Shown: positions 51,491-60,253 of the stretch, piece after piece
Layout: the number at the start of each line of letters is the position of its first letter
Numbering within the stretch: the stretch's first letter is position 1
From: Candidatus Latescibacterota bacterium
GTDB lineage: Bacteria; Latescibacterota; UBA2968; SICM01
Direction of reading: 5' to 3'
Length of the DNA stretch: 64,000 nt
NCBI GenBank assembly: GCA_965217865.1
Contig: CBDCJO010000001.1
Span: 448,001 to 512,000, forward strand
Made by a program: the position numbers and the translations under genes
Notes under the pieces: model-generated
The model's input: only the letters and a program-made list of their open reading frames with translations
What the model was told of the DNA's origin: nothing
Database searches by the model: none

Positions 51491-51706
51491 ATGGTCAATA
51501 GACTTCTACGCAGACCCGAGGTCGAAAAACTCACCGGTTTGAGCAGAGGCACGCTCTACACCAAAATGAACGAAGGGACGTTTCCGCGCCCGCGCCGCAT
51601 CGGCCGGCGTGCAGTAGCATGGACAGGGGCAGAGATAGAGCACTGGATTTCGATACAACCCAAAGCCGACCCGCGCGAAGTGTTCAACCCCGGGAGGACG
51701 GCCTAA
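51491..51706 (+). CDS. alpA: AlpA family regulator/excisionase
   Basis: LLRRPEV..LTGLSR.TLY..M..G.FP.P..IG.RAVAW. Confidence 0.93.
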   Translation: MVNRLLRRPEVEKLTGLSRGTLYTKMNEGTFPRPRRIGRRAVAWTGAEIEHWISIQPKADPREVFNPGRTA

Positions 51707-51708
51707 CC

Positions 51709-51939
51709 ATGAGCCTTCAGATCCTTGATCGGCTGAGAGGCGTCCGCAAGATCGGCGAGCGCCGATGGGAAGCTCAATGCCCGGCGCACAACGACAGGAC
51801 CCCATCCCTTTCCATCCGCGAGACTGACAACGGGAAAATTTTGATTCATTGTTTTGCGGGGTGCGGTTACGGGGCGATTCTCGCGGCCGTCTGCATGAAA
51901 CCTGGCGACCTGTTCCCGGACCGGAGGCCGTCTGCATGA
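51709..51939 (+). CDS. Primase zinc-binding domain (CHC2-like) as a standalone ORF
   Basis: CPAHNDRTPSLSI...HCFAGC. Confidence 0.85.
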   Translation: MSLQILDRLRGVRKIGERRWEAQCPAHNDRTPSLSIRETDNGKILIHCFAGCGYGAILAAVCMKPGDLFPDRRPSA

Positions 51940-54263
51940 AAGAAAGCAACCCGGTGCCGGTCAACCCGCCCACGGAATACGAAGATGTCTACATTTACCG
52001 CAATCCCGACGGGGTCGAGTATGCGAAGATTTTTCGTCTTCACAACCGCAAGGCCGATCCGTGGAGGCTCAACCCCAACGGGTTGTGGGAACATCGGATG
52101 CCCGTTCATCGTTTTCCTTATCGCGTTGAGAAGCTTCACGCCGATGGCCGACCGGTACTGATCGTCGAAGGTGAGAAGTGTGTGGACGCGGCGGTTGCCA
52201 AACTCAAAAATTTGGACGTGATCGGCTGGATGGGCGGAGCGCGATCGCCACACAAAACCGATTGGGATTGCCTCGAAGGCCGCGACGTAACCTTGTGGCC
52301 GGACGCCGACGAGAACGAAGCGGGACTCAAGGCTATGACCAAGATGGCGGAGATCGCCTCGAAGGCCAAGGCGGCATCCGTGCGGATGATGAAGCCCGAG
52401 CCCGAGCGAAACAAGGATGGCATGAAGGGGTGGGACGTTGACAACGCCATCGAGGAAGGCATTGACGTTGCGGACTACATCGAGCAGGCGGACTACATCG
52501 AGGCTGAAGCGGTTGCCGAAGACCGGGCCGCCCGACCGCGCCCGCGCGGTCCATCGCAAGCCGACCGGCTGGTCGAGCTCACGGTAAGGAATGCCGTCCT
52601 TTTTGCGGACGGCGACGAAGCGTTTGTCGACTTGACCGTAGACGGTCATCGCGAGACGTGGGCCGTAAAATCGAAGGGCTTCCGGCGCTGGCTGCGGCGG
52701 GAGTTCTATGTCGCCGAGGATAAGAAGTCGCCAAGAGCCGAGGCGATGCAACAGGCTGTCGCCACGCTCGAAGCGATGAGCGTTATCGGTTCGCCCCAGA
52801 AACGGGTATTCCTTCGCGTGGGGGAGGCTGGCCAGAAGCTCTACATTGACCTGGCCGACGACGCTTGGCGTGCCATTGAGGTGGACGCCATCGGGTGGCG
52901 GATTGTCTCCGATCCACCCGTTCGGTTCCGGCGCGGCGAATCCATGCAGGCGCTGCCCGTGCCGGAGTCTGGGGACCGGGCCGAATCGTTGGCGGCCCTC
53001 CAGAAGTTCTGCAACGTAAGTCGTGAGAGCGATTTCCAGCTTATCGTCGCGTGGCTCCTTGCCGCGTTGAGGCCGGAAGGGCCGTACCCCGGGCTCGCGC
53101 TCGGTGGAGAACAGGGCACAGCCAAAAGCACACTTTGCCGGCTGCTACGCTCCCTTGTGGATCCGTCCTCGATGCCGCTGCGGTCGCCACCGCGCGATGA
53201 CCGCGACATCTTCATCGCAACGCGACGGGCGCACGTGCTGGCCTTCGACAACGTGTCCGGCCTGCCTCCCTGGCTGTCCGATGTGCTGTGCCGGATGGCA
53301 ACCGGCGGCGGTTACGCAACAAGAAGCCTTTTCACCGACGACGAGGAGACGATCCTTAACGCGACGCGCCCGGTCATCATCAATGGCATCGGTGACATCG
53401 TCACGCGAGGCGATCTCGCCGACCGGGCGATCCACCTCACCCTTGATCCGATCCCGGAAACCCAGCGACGCCTTGAAAGCGACCTGCTCATGGAATTTGA
53501 AGCGTGCCGGCCGCGCATCCTGGGCGCGTTGTTGGACGCCATATCCGAGGGACTGCGCCGACTGCCCACCGTGCGCCTGGAACGCCTGCCCCGCATGGCA
53601 GATTTCGCGAAGTGGGCAACGGCTTGTGAGCCCGCGCTCTGGCCCGAAGGAGCTTTCATGAAGGCCTATGGCGCGAATCGCGCGGCGGCGAACGAAGCCG
53701 TCATTGAGTCGAGCGCCATCGGCGCCACCGTGGTCAAGCTGATCGACGGCACCGGGTCGTTCGAGGGAACGACGACCGATCTGCTGGAAAGGCTGAACGG
53801 CCTCGGGTCCGATTTCCAGCGCAAGGCGAGAGGATGGCCCGCGACCGCGAGTGCGCTGGGTTTCCGTCTCGCACGGTTGGCGCCCAGTCTGCGAGAGACG
53901 GGGATCGAATGCGAAAAGCTTGACCGGCACAAGGGTTCCAGATGGTGGAGAATAACCAAGAGACCCAGCGGCGGAGAAAAGGCGCAAAACCCCGCCAGTC
54001 CCGCCATCCCCGCCACGCGTAAGTCATTGAAATTATTGGACGGTGGCAGCGATGACAGCGATGGCGGCGATTTACCCCCAATCTCCGCTGGGGGGGGGAA
54101 GAAGCGTTGGATGAGGCGGGGGAGGAACGTGCGGCGATCATGGAGTATGAGGGCGGAATGGCTCGTGAGGAAGCCGAATCTCGGGTTCGCGAGGATGTTC
54201 GACCACGACCTAAAGGAGATCGGAAATGAGGCGTTCGAGGGAAGCCGAAACTCAAGCTCGTGA
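51936..54263 (+). CDS. Toprim primase plus P-loop helicase replication protein (probable frameshift at the G9 tract, 54090-54098)
   Basis: IVEGEKC.D, WPDAD, Walker A GEQGTAKS, FDNVS; ATGA overlap with the upstream ORF. Confidence 0.85.
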   Translation: MKESNPVPVNPPTEYEDVYIYRNPDGVEYAKIFRLHNRKADPWRLNPNGLWEHRMPVHRFPYRVEKLHADGRPVLIVEGEKCVDAAVAKLKNLDVIGWMGGARSPHKTDWDCLEGRDVTLWPDADENEAGLKAMTKMAEIASKAKAASVRMMKPEPERNKDGMKGWDVDNAIEEGIDVADYIEQADYIEAEAVAEDRAARPRPRGPSQADRLVELTVRNAVLFADGDEAFVDLTVDGHRETWAVKSKGFRRWLRREFYVAEDKKSPRAEAMQQAVATLEAMSVIGSPQKRVFLRVGEAGQKLYIDLADDAWRAIEVDAIGWRIVSDPPVRFRRGESMQALPVPESGDRAESLAALQKFCNVSRESDFQLIVAWLLAALRPEGPYPGLALGGEQGTAKSTLCRLLRSLVDPSSMPLRSPPRDDRDIFIATRRAHVLAFDNVSGLPPWLSDVLCRMATGGGYATRSLFTDDEETILNATRPVIINGIGDIVTRGDLADRAIHLTLDPIPETQRRLESDLLMEFEACRPRILGALLDAISEGLRRLPTVRLERLPRMADFAKWATACEPALWPEGAFMKAYGANRAAANEAVIESSAIGATVVKLIDGTGSFEGTTTDLLERLNGLGSDFQRKARGWPATASALGFRLARLAPSLRETGIECEKLDRHKGSRWWRITKRPSGGEKAQNPASPAIPATRKSLKLLDGGSDDSDGGDLPPISAGGGKKRWMRRGRNVRRSWSMRAEWLVRKPNLGFARMFDHDLKEIGNEAFEGSRNSSS

Positions 54264-54396
54264 GGCGAAGATACGATCCGGCATAGATTTTTCGGGGTTG
54301 CGTAGTTGGGGGCTGTCCACCTTTTCGATTAATGGATCGCCGGCATGTTAATTCCCAAGCGCGGGAGGGGAAGCATCCCTACAGCGTTTTCTAAAA

Positions 54397-54540
54397 TCAG
54401 ATAGCGTCGCTATAGGTTCGGTTGGAGTTGAACGGGGGGTCAAGATAGATCAGATCGACGCTTTCGGAGTTCATGCCGTGCATGATGTCCAGGTTGTCGC
54501 CCGTCCACATAGTGCGGTTCTTGAAGTTGGGTTCGGTCAT
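54397..54540 (-). pseudogene. N-terminal remnant of an N6/N4 DNA methyltransferase
   Basis: MTEPNFKNRTMWTGDNLDIMHGMNSESVDLIYLDPPFNSNRTYSDAI*. Confidence 0.8.
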
Positions 54541-54912
54541 GCGAAGTATCTCTCAAGTGGAGGTGTAGAATGTCACAGGAACCATCGAGCGGGTATATGC
54601 TGCTGGGTTTTCTGGTTGGCGACCTCATGAAAGGGGAGGCCAAGGGAGACTTGACGGATGAGGAACGCAAGGATTTGAAGTGTTTTAGGGCCTTGCAGAA
54701 GTTTCTCTACTTCAACTTCGGCCCCCAATTACCTGACAGTGACGCGGATATGGGCCTCATTTACCTAGTCTGTAATCAAAAAGGCGGGTCAACTCCCTAT
54801 ACGTACGCTCGCACAGCCCCGGGTGATATTCGGAGAGTATGTCAAAGTTAATGTCTCGAATGCGGGTGCCGTTCCTGCGGATACGCTTGATGGTGCCGGG
54901 AAGGATATTCAT

Positions 54913-55517
54913 GAAAGTATTTGGACTTGGATACCCCTTCCTTTGGAAGGGGAGGAAAAGTTTAGCTTGCCGAAGGCAAGCTAAAAGGCTGTCTTATCGT
55001 GTGCAGACCACTGAGACTCATATCGACTCAGGAGGCATACGATGGGACTCCGACGGACCAGTCACGCAGTCTATGATAGCCAGTATCATCTGGTATGGGC
55101 ACCGAAGTATCGGAAATGGATTTTGCGAGGTGACCTTCGAGAGTATGTGGGCAAGCTGTTTCATCGGATAGCAGAGGATTTTGGTTTTGACATCCAAGAG
55201 ATGGAAGTGGCCGAAGATCATGTGCATATTTTCTTGTCGTTTCCTCCCCGGTATTCGATTTCTAAGGTAGTGGGCATTTTGAAGAGTATTTCGGGCAGCG
55301 GGGTCTTCCGAGAACATCCAGAGGTGAAACGGGAGTTATGGGGTGGAGAATTCTGGGAAGATGGTTATTTTGCCCGCACCGTAGGCGACAAGGTGACTTC
55401 TGAAGTGATTGAGCAATATATTCGGTATCATCGTCAAGAGCAGAAAGGGCCCCTACAGTTGGATCTGTTTGGGGATGGGAGTGGTTAATGCCCCGCCCTT
55501 TGGGCGGGGTGGTTTAC
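54913..55517 (+). mobile_element. IS200-type element (tnpA only, no tnpB)
   Basis: Subterminal hairpins CCCCTTCC-TTT-GGAAGGGG and CCCCGCCC-TTT-GGGCGGGG-TGGTTTAC; no target duplication; inserted 3' of TTCAT. Confidence 0.88.
55042..55488 (+). CDS. tnpA: IS200/IS605 HUH transposase
   Basis: YHLVW.PKYR, DHVH, FWEDGYF, YI. Confidence 0.95.
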   Translation: MGLRRTSHAVYDSQYHLVWAPKYRKWILRGDLREYVGKLFHRIAEDFGFDIQEMEVAEDHVHIFLSFPPRYSISKVVGILKSISGSGVFREHPEVKRELWGGEFWEDGYFARTVGDKVTSEVIEQYIRYHRQEQKGPLQLDLFGDGSG

Positions 55518-55912
55518 TAGAGGTTCAACAAGCACACGTGCGCACGTGTAAGCCCTCGTGGGAACATAATTCCTGGGCACCTTTTTGTCCTGGAACCAGC
55601 AAGCTATGCCCTCTTCCATGACGATGGTAGGGATTTCTCCCGGATCCAGAAGGTGGACACACTCGTGAGCCAGTTGCCAAGTTGCCCATTCGTAGTCTCG
55701 TTTTTCTATCACGTCAGAGCCCAGACGGATTTCTATTTTTTTGATCTTTAACCCCTCTGGGAAATAAATGCAGGGAATGCTGTCCTCAGCCACACGGATA
55801 ACATCCAGTATTTCGTAGTCAGGATCCCGTTTGCCAAGTAGATCCTCCAGTTCTCGGATAAACTCGTTTCGAGTCTCAAGCAGGTAAGCAAGGAATTGAT
55901 CGTCTGTTTTGT

Positions 55913-56110
55913 TCATGCGAAGCACCCCTCAAGGAACGTTCCGAACACGTTGTTGTTCTTCCGGTTGTTGTATTTATAGCAGGCTTCGGCCACATAAAGA
56001 GGCATGTAATGCTTCCTGTAGTGATGATGGGAACCGTACCAGGCTCTCTTGAGTAGAGACCAGAAGCCTTCGATGGTGTTGGTATGAGTGGAGCCGTCGG
56101 TGTAGCTTAC
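55913..56110 (-). pseudogene. IS1595-family transposase C-terminal remnant
   Basis: HTNTIEGFWSLLKRAWYGSHHHY...Y..E..YKYNNR. Confidence 0.85.
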
Positions 56111-56317
56111 GCAGTCTCTGGTTCGAGTATTAACAACAATGCACCGGCACTTGAAAACGAGCACAGGGCAAACACGACAAATAATATTCCATATTTACGA
56201 TTCAACGATAATCCCCCCTGATGGTACCCGACTTGACCATACAAGCAGTCAAATGAGCGAATCTCTCGTTCATAGTGTTCATCATTTCATTCATCGTGGC
56301 TTCAAACCTGTCCATTC

Positions 56318-56428
56318 CGAGTGTGCGACACATGGGAGTTGGACACATGGGAGTTGGACACTGGGACACATGGGAAATGGACACATGGGGGTGGGACACC
56401 CGCTCGCGGGCCGAATTCTGCCCCGTCT
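56318..56428 (+). repeat. Repeat element copy 1: GGACAC-based 15-mer array plus a 51-bp conserved tail
   Basis: CGAGTGT, then GGACACATGGGAGTT units, then TGGACACATGGGGGTGGGACACCCGCTCGCGGGCCGAATTCTGCCCCGTCT. Confidence 0.9.
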
Positions 56429-56653
56429 CCGGGATCCAAAGCTCGAAATCCGCCGCCTGAGCCACGATCTCGAAGCCAGGCCCCCAAGGGGACCCACGGG
56501 AAAGCTCGATGTTTCCAGCCTGCCCCGGTTCCTCCCACCCACGTCCATTTCCTGCCATTACCACGACCCCCATTTTCAGACTTGCCCCGTCTGTGCCGGC
56601 TTAAAGGTTGGAGGGGCGATGCCTCGCGGGTGATTCGTCCACATCCCATCGAC

Positions 56654-56679
56654 GGGCGACCACATCGGGTCGCCCCTAC
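56654..56679 (-). repeat. GTAG-type REP-like palindrome
   Basis: Minus strand reads GTAGGGGCGACC-CGATGT-GGTCGCCC. Confidence 0.65.
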
Positions 56680-56730
56680 GCATAATCATGATGTTTTCAA
56701 TTTCCACTTTCCATTTTGCATTTCTTTCCC

Positions 56731-58146
56731 CTACTCAGCCTGCCGCTTTCCTTCCACGTCCGCAAGGGAATGTTGAATGGCCTTTACCTGCGGATGGTCC
56801 GGGCCCAGGGCCTTTTCATGTATCGCCAGGGCCCGCCTGAAGAGAGGCTCAGCCTCCCCATATCGCCCCTGCGCCAGGTAGTGCCCCGCCAGGTTTCCCA
56901 GAGAGATCGCCACGGTGGGATGGTCCGGGCCCAGGGACTTCTCGAGGATTTCAAGGGCTCGGTTGAAGAGTCGTTCCACCTCCGCGTGCTGGCCCCGGTC
57001 TCTATAAAGTCCCGCCAGGTTGTTCAGCGCGGCCGCCACCCCCGAATGTTCAGGCCCGAGGACTTTCTCCCTGATCGCCAGGGCCCTTTTGTATTGTGCC
57101 TCAGCTTCATCGTACTTTCCCTGGGTCCTGTAGAGTTCCGCCAGGTTGTTCAGGGCCGTCGCCACGTGTGGATGTTCCGGGCCAAGACCCTTCCTCACGA
57201 TCTCCAGGGCCCGCTTGTAGAGCGGCTCAGCCTCCGCATAACGACCCTGCATCCGATAGAGTTCGGCCAGGTTGTTCAGGGACCTCGCCAGGGTGGGATG
57301 GTCCGGTCCCATACCCTTCTCCACGATGCCCAGGGACCGCCTGAGGAGAGGCTCGACCTCCCCATATCGTCCCAGGGCCCGGTAATGTCCCGCAAGGTTT
57401 CCGAGGGTGATCGCCACTGTGGGATGGTTCGGTCCCATACCCTTCTCGAGGATTTCAAGGGCTCGTTTGTAGAGTCGTTCCACCTCCGCGTGCTGGCCCC
57501 GGTCTCTATAAAGTCCCGCCAGGTTGTTCAGGGCCGTCGCCACGTGCGGATGGCCCGATCCAAGACCCGCCTTCACGATCTCCAGGGCCCGTTTGTAGAG
57601 AGGCTCGGCTTCATCATAACGGCCCCGGGTCCTGTAAAGTTCGGCCAGGTTGTTCAGGGACCTCGCCAGGGTGGGATGGTCCGGTCCCCGAGACTTCTCC
57701 AGGATGCCAATGGCTCGTTTGTAGAGCCGTTCGACGTTCCCGTGCTTGCCCAGGTGACTGTATATCTCCCCCAGGTTGTTCAGGGCGGCGGCGACAAACG
57801 CATGGTCGGGCCCGAGGACCTTCTCCAGGATATTCAACGCCCGCTTGACCAGGGGTTCGGCTTCGGAATACCGACCCTGGACCATGTAAAGGTCCGCCAG
57901 GACGTTCAGGGCGCCCCCTACGTTGGCATGGTCTGGGCCTAAAGTCTCCTCGGATCGCTTAACGGCCTCCTCCGCAACCTGGATCCTTCTTTTAAAGTGC
58001 TCCTCCCGACCCCCAAGTTCAGGGGATTCCGCTTCTATGGACTGAATGAACCCTTCCCCCCCGGACCGATCCCATTCGATAGACCATAAAAACAGGAGAG
58101 CTATCCCGCAGAAAGCGATTTCAATCTTTTGGAGAAAACGGTTCAC
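56731..58146 (-). CDS. Kinesin-light-chain-like 42-aa TPR repeat protein with an N-terminal hydrophobic segment
   Basis: About 10 GPDHP.VA..LNNLA.LY..QG.Y.EAEPLYKRAL.I repeats; GGAG RBS before GTG 58146. Confidence 0.9.
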   Translation of the reverse strand: MNRFLQKIEIAFCGIALLFLWSIEWDRSGGEGFIQSIEAESPELGGREEHFKRRIQVAEEAVKRSEETLGPDHANVGGALNVLADLYMVQGRYSEAEPLVKRALNILEKVLGPDHAFVAAALNNLGEIYSHLGKHGNVERLYKRAIGILEKSRGPDHPTLARSLNNLAELYRTRGRYDEAEPLYKRALEIVKAGLGSGHPHVATALNNLAGLYRDRGQHAEVERLYKRALEILEKGMGPNHPTVAITLGNLAGHYRALGRYGEVEPLLRRSLGIVEKGMGPDHPTLARSLNNLAELYRMQGRYAEAEPLYKRALEIVRKGLGPEHPHVATALNNLAELYRTQGKYDEAEAQYKRALAIREKVLGPEHSGVAAALNNLAGLYRDRGQHAEVERLFNRALEILEKSLGPDHPTVAISLGNLAGHYLAQGRYGEAEPLFRRALAIHEKALGPDHPQVKAIQHSLADVEGKRQAE

Positions 58147-58411
58147 TTTCGAACTCCAGAATGGGGAAAGAGCACCCCTCCCCGGGAAGGGGGCGAAGGG
58201 GGTTTGACACCTTACCCAATTTTGTATGTCCGTCAAAAACTATCCGAATTAGAGGGGCGAACAACTCCACTATCCCATATACCCCCCCACGGTCGCTTTT
58301 CTGTAAGGTCCGCATTGGTTTTGCCCGGATTCCTGAATAAAGTCGCACACGGGGAGAATCCGATGCCCTGTGGGCGATTCCAGGGCAAGAGGGGGGGGCA
58401 TGTTTGCGAGG

Positions 58412-58490
58412 CGAGTGTTGGAGTTGGACACATGGGAGTTGGACACATGGGGGTGGGACACCCGCTCGCGGGCCGAATTCTGCCCCGTCT
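58412..58490 (+). repeat. Repeat element copy 2 (direct repeat of 56318-56428 with fewer units)
   Basis: 58440-58490 is identical to 56378-56428. Confidence 0.9.
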
Positions 58491-58629
58491 GTCGCGTATT
58501 CGCGTTCGGATGCGCTCGGAAGACCGAATGGATTCTGCATCGCGTTGCCCAGCCAAGGTGCTCACCGCCGACGGAACCGCAGTGTTCCACGGTGCGCAGC
58601 CGGGAGAATACTCCACTGGGAATCTCCAT

Positions 58630-59877
58630 CGCGCCTTGAACCGGTTCCCCGCCGTCCTTTGCCGTCACCTTACCCAAGATCGTACCGACTATACTCAGGG
58701 AGAAATCCACGCCTTCCGGCTGAAGATCCTCCGCTACGATAACGGATTCCGCATCCCTTCGATCTTTTGTATTCGGATAGAGCTGAAAACCGTATCCCGC
58801 TTTCCTCGCGTTGACAATGTACTCCCCCTGGACAAGCCCCGACATCGTGTATGATCCGTCTGATTCCGTCTCCGCCGTTTGGGACAATCCTTCCCGCGCA
58901 TTGACCCTGCTGGCTGTTACGATCGCACCGGCCAATCCCGTACCGGTCTCCGAAACCCTCACAACTCCAAAGAACGAAAGCCCCCTCGAAAGGATGAAAT
59001 CGATCCCGGTGACGTGCGAATTCGCCCGAACGGTGACAATACTACGCTCTGATTCTGACCCTTCAGCGACAAAAGTACCGGGCAGAAATCCACGCGCTGT
59101 CCCGTGGATCCAATAGCGTCCTTCTGATAACCCCTCTATCAGGTATGAACCATCTGGGCGGATGGTCCCGGATCGCCGGATCCCCCTAAATTCAGGATTG
59201 GCGACGACCTGGCCGAGGGGGACCGGCTGGACCGTCCCTTCCACCGTCGCGGTCCCCGCAATCGTCGATACGGATTTTAGCTTTATCAGAAGCTTGATCG
59301 GTACCGTGGTTGGGGTTAATTCGATCCGTCTGGCATCCTCTCTGTCCTCAACATCGTCGTAGTATTCGGTCTGGAAACCGTGTGCCTCGATCCGCACGAT
59401 AAATTTGCCTGGAAAGGCCGCAATCCTGAAACCTCCATCCCCGTGGGTGAAAGCCTGAAGGCTGGATCGGGGATAAGGCGCGATAGTCCGGTCTGGGCCA
59501 TCCGGCCCCGATTTTTTATCCGGAAGGCGCTTGAAATCGGCCTGGTCCTTCGGGTCCGGTTCCCCGTTCGACGAATCCCGCCGCAACTGTGTCGGATTTC
59601 CGTCCGAACCCCTAGGATCTGTCCCTTCTGCGCTCACGCGCAGGGGAATGTCTCTATCCACCGGCTCCAGGCGGACCAGAGCCCCGGCCACTGGTGTTTC
59701 GCCCACGTCTGTGAGAACCCTTCCCGCGACGAGGACGTTCGGGACTGGAATCGGAATTCTTCGGTCAGACTGTTGCTGTCTCTCTTGAGAATCAGATCCT
59801 TTCGCCAGGAACATACCGGCGAAAACGAACGATATCAAAGCCAGACCGATCCCGCAAAACTTGACGCCTCGTTTCAC
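58630..59877 (-). pseudogene. N-terminal fragment of the secreted carboxypeptidase-regulatory-like repeat protein
   Basis: GAGGAGG RBS, signal peptide, 3 complete G.V...P..GA...DGSY...GL..G.Y...GIDF.L repeats; the fourth breaks off after GEPVQGA. Confidence 0.8.
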
Positions 59878-60253
59878 GATAACCTCCTCGTTGAAATTCC
59901 GCCCACAAATCAATATCGCATTCGGCTCTTTGGATACCCCGCAGCCCCCGGTTTCCAATCATCAGACCCGACGGCTTTGTAAAAACCTCAAAGATTATGC
60001 CAGTCTGGTTTTAGGCGCTCGGACGGTTCCCTCCAATCCCAAAACCCCCACAAAATCCACGCACCGTTGAAGCATGATCGATCCTTCCCTCAGCTTTTTG
60101 ATAAAAGCATCAGATTCTTGAGCCAAGGGGAGGGAGCGGGATGAATCGAGGGCCCATCGCGACCTCATCGGATCGATAAAAAAGCGGAGAATGGAAGTTC
60201 TAAGGGGGGTTGAATCAAAAGGGAAGGAAAGGTGGGGACGAAATTGTTCATTG

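Larger units (their letters stand above)
54757..55916 (-). pseudogene. HEXXH (ImmA/IrrE-like) metallopeptidase-domain gene interrupted by IS200
   Basis: QLAHECVHLL..EEGIA; removing 54913-55517 fuses VEPL to MNILPGTIKR..RLGK* in frame (184 aa). Confidence 0.75.
49050..56317 (+). mobile_element. Integrative phage-satellite-like element (integrase, AlpA, primase) with decayed cargo; right boundary uncertain
   Basis: Gene content; lies between the two halves of a split gene. Confidence 0.75.

Noticed and set aside
54570-54851. 93-aa plus-strand ORF
   Set aside because: Its 3' third is antisense to the restored HEXXH C-terminus and it has no recognisable motif; at most a fragment.
55489-55517. 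TnpB/omegaRNA system
   Set aside because: The right end follows tnpA directly; no tnpB or iscB is present.
56112-56130. tRNA fragment (GGTTCGAGT T-loop-like)
   Set aside because: There is no complementary 3' T-stem or acceptor stem.
56318-56428. CRISPR array or integron attC
   Set aside because: The units are contiguous 15-mers with no unique spacers, there are no cas or intI genes, and there are no attC core motifs.
56716-57942. 408-aa plus-strand ORF
   Set aside because: It is the antisense shadow of the repetitive TPR gene.
56731-58490. Diversity-generating retroelement
   Set aside because: There is no reverse transcriptase in the window and no evident adenine-specific template/variable repeat pair.
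49035-58756. 14-bp direct repeat CGGATTCCGCATCC (49035-49048 and 58743-58756) as attL/attR
   Set aside because: Both copies encode DAES inside the split gene at different repeat registers, and host coding sequence continues ~110 bp inside the right copy. It is not a convincing att pair, though not fully excluded.
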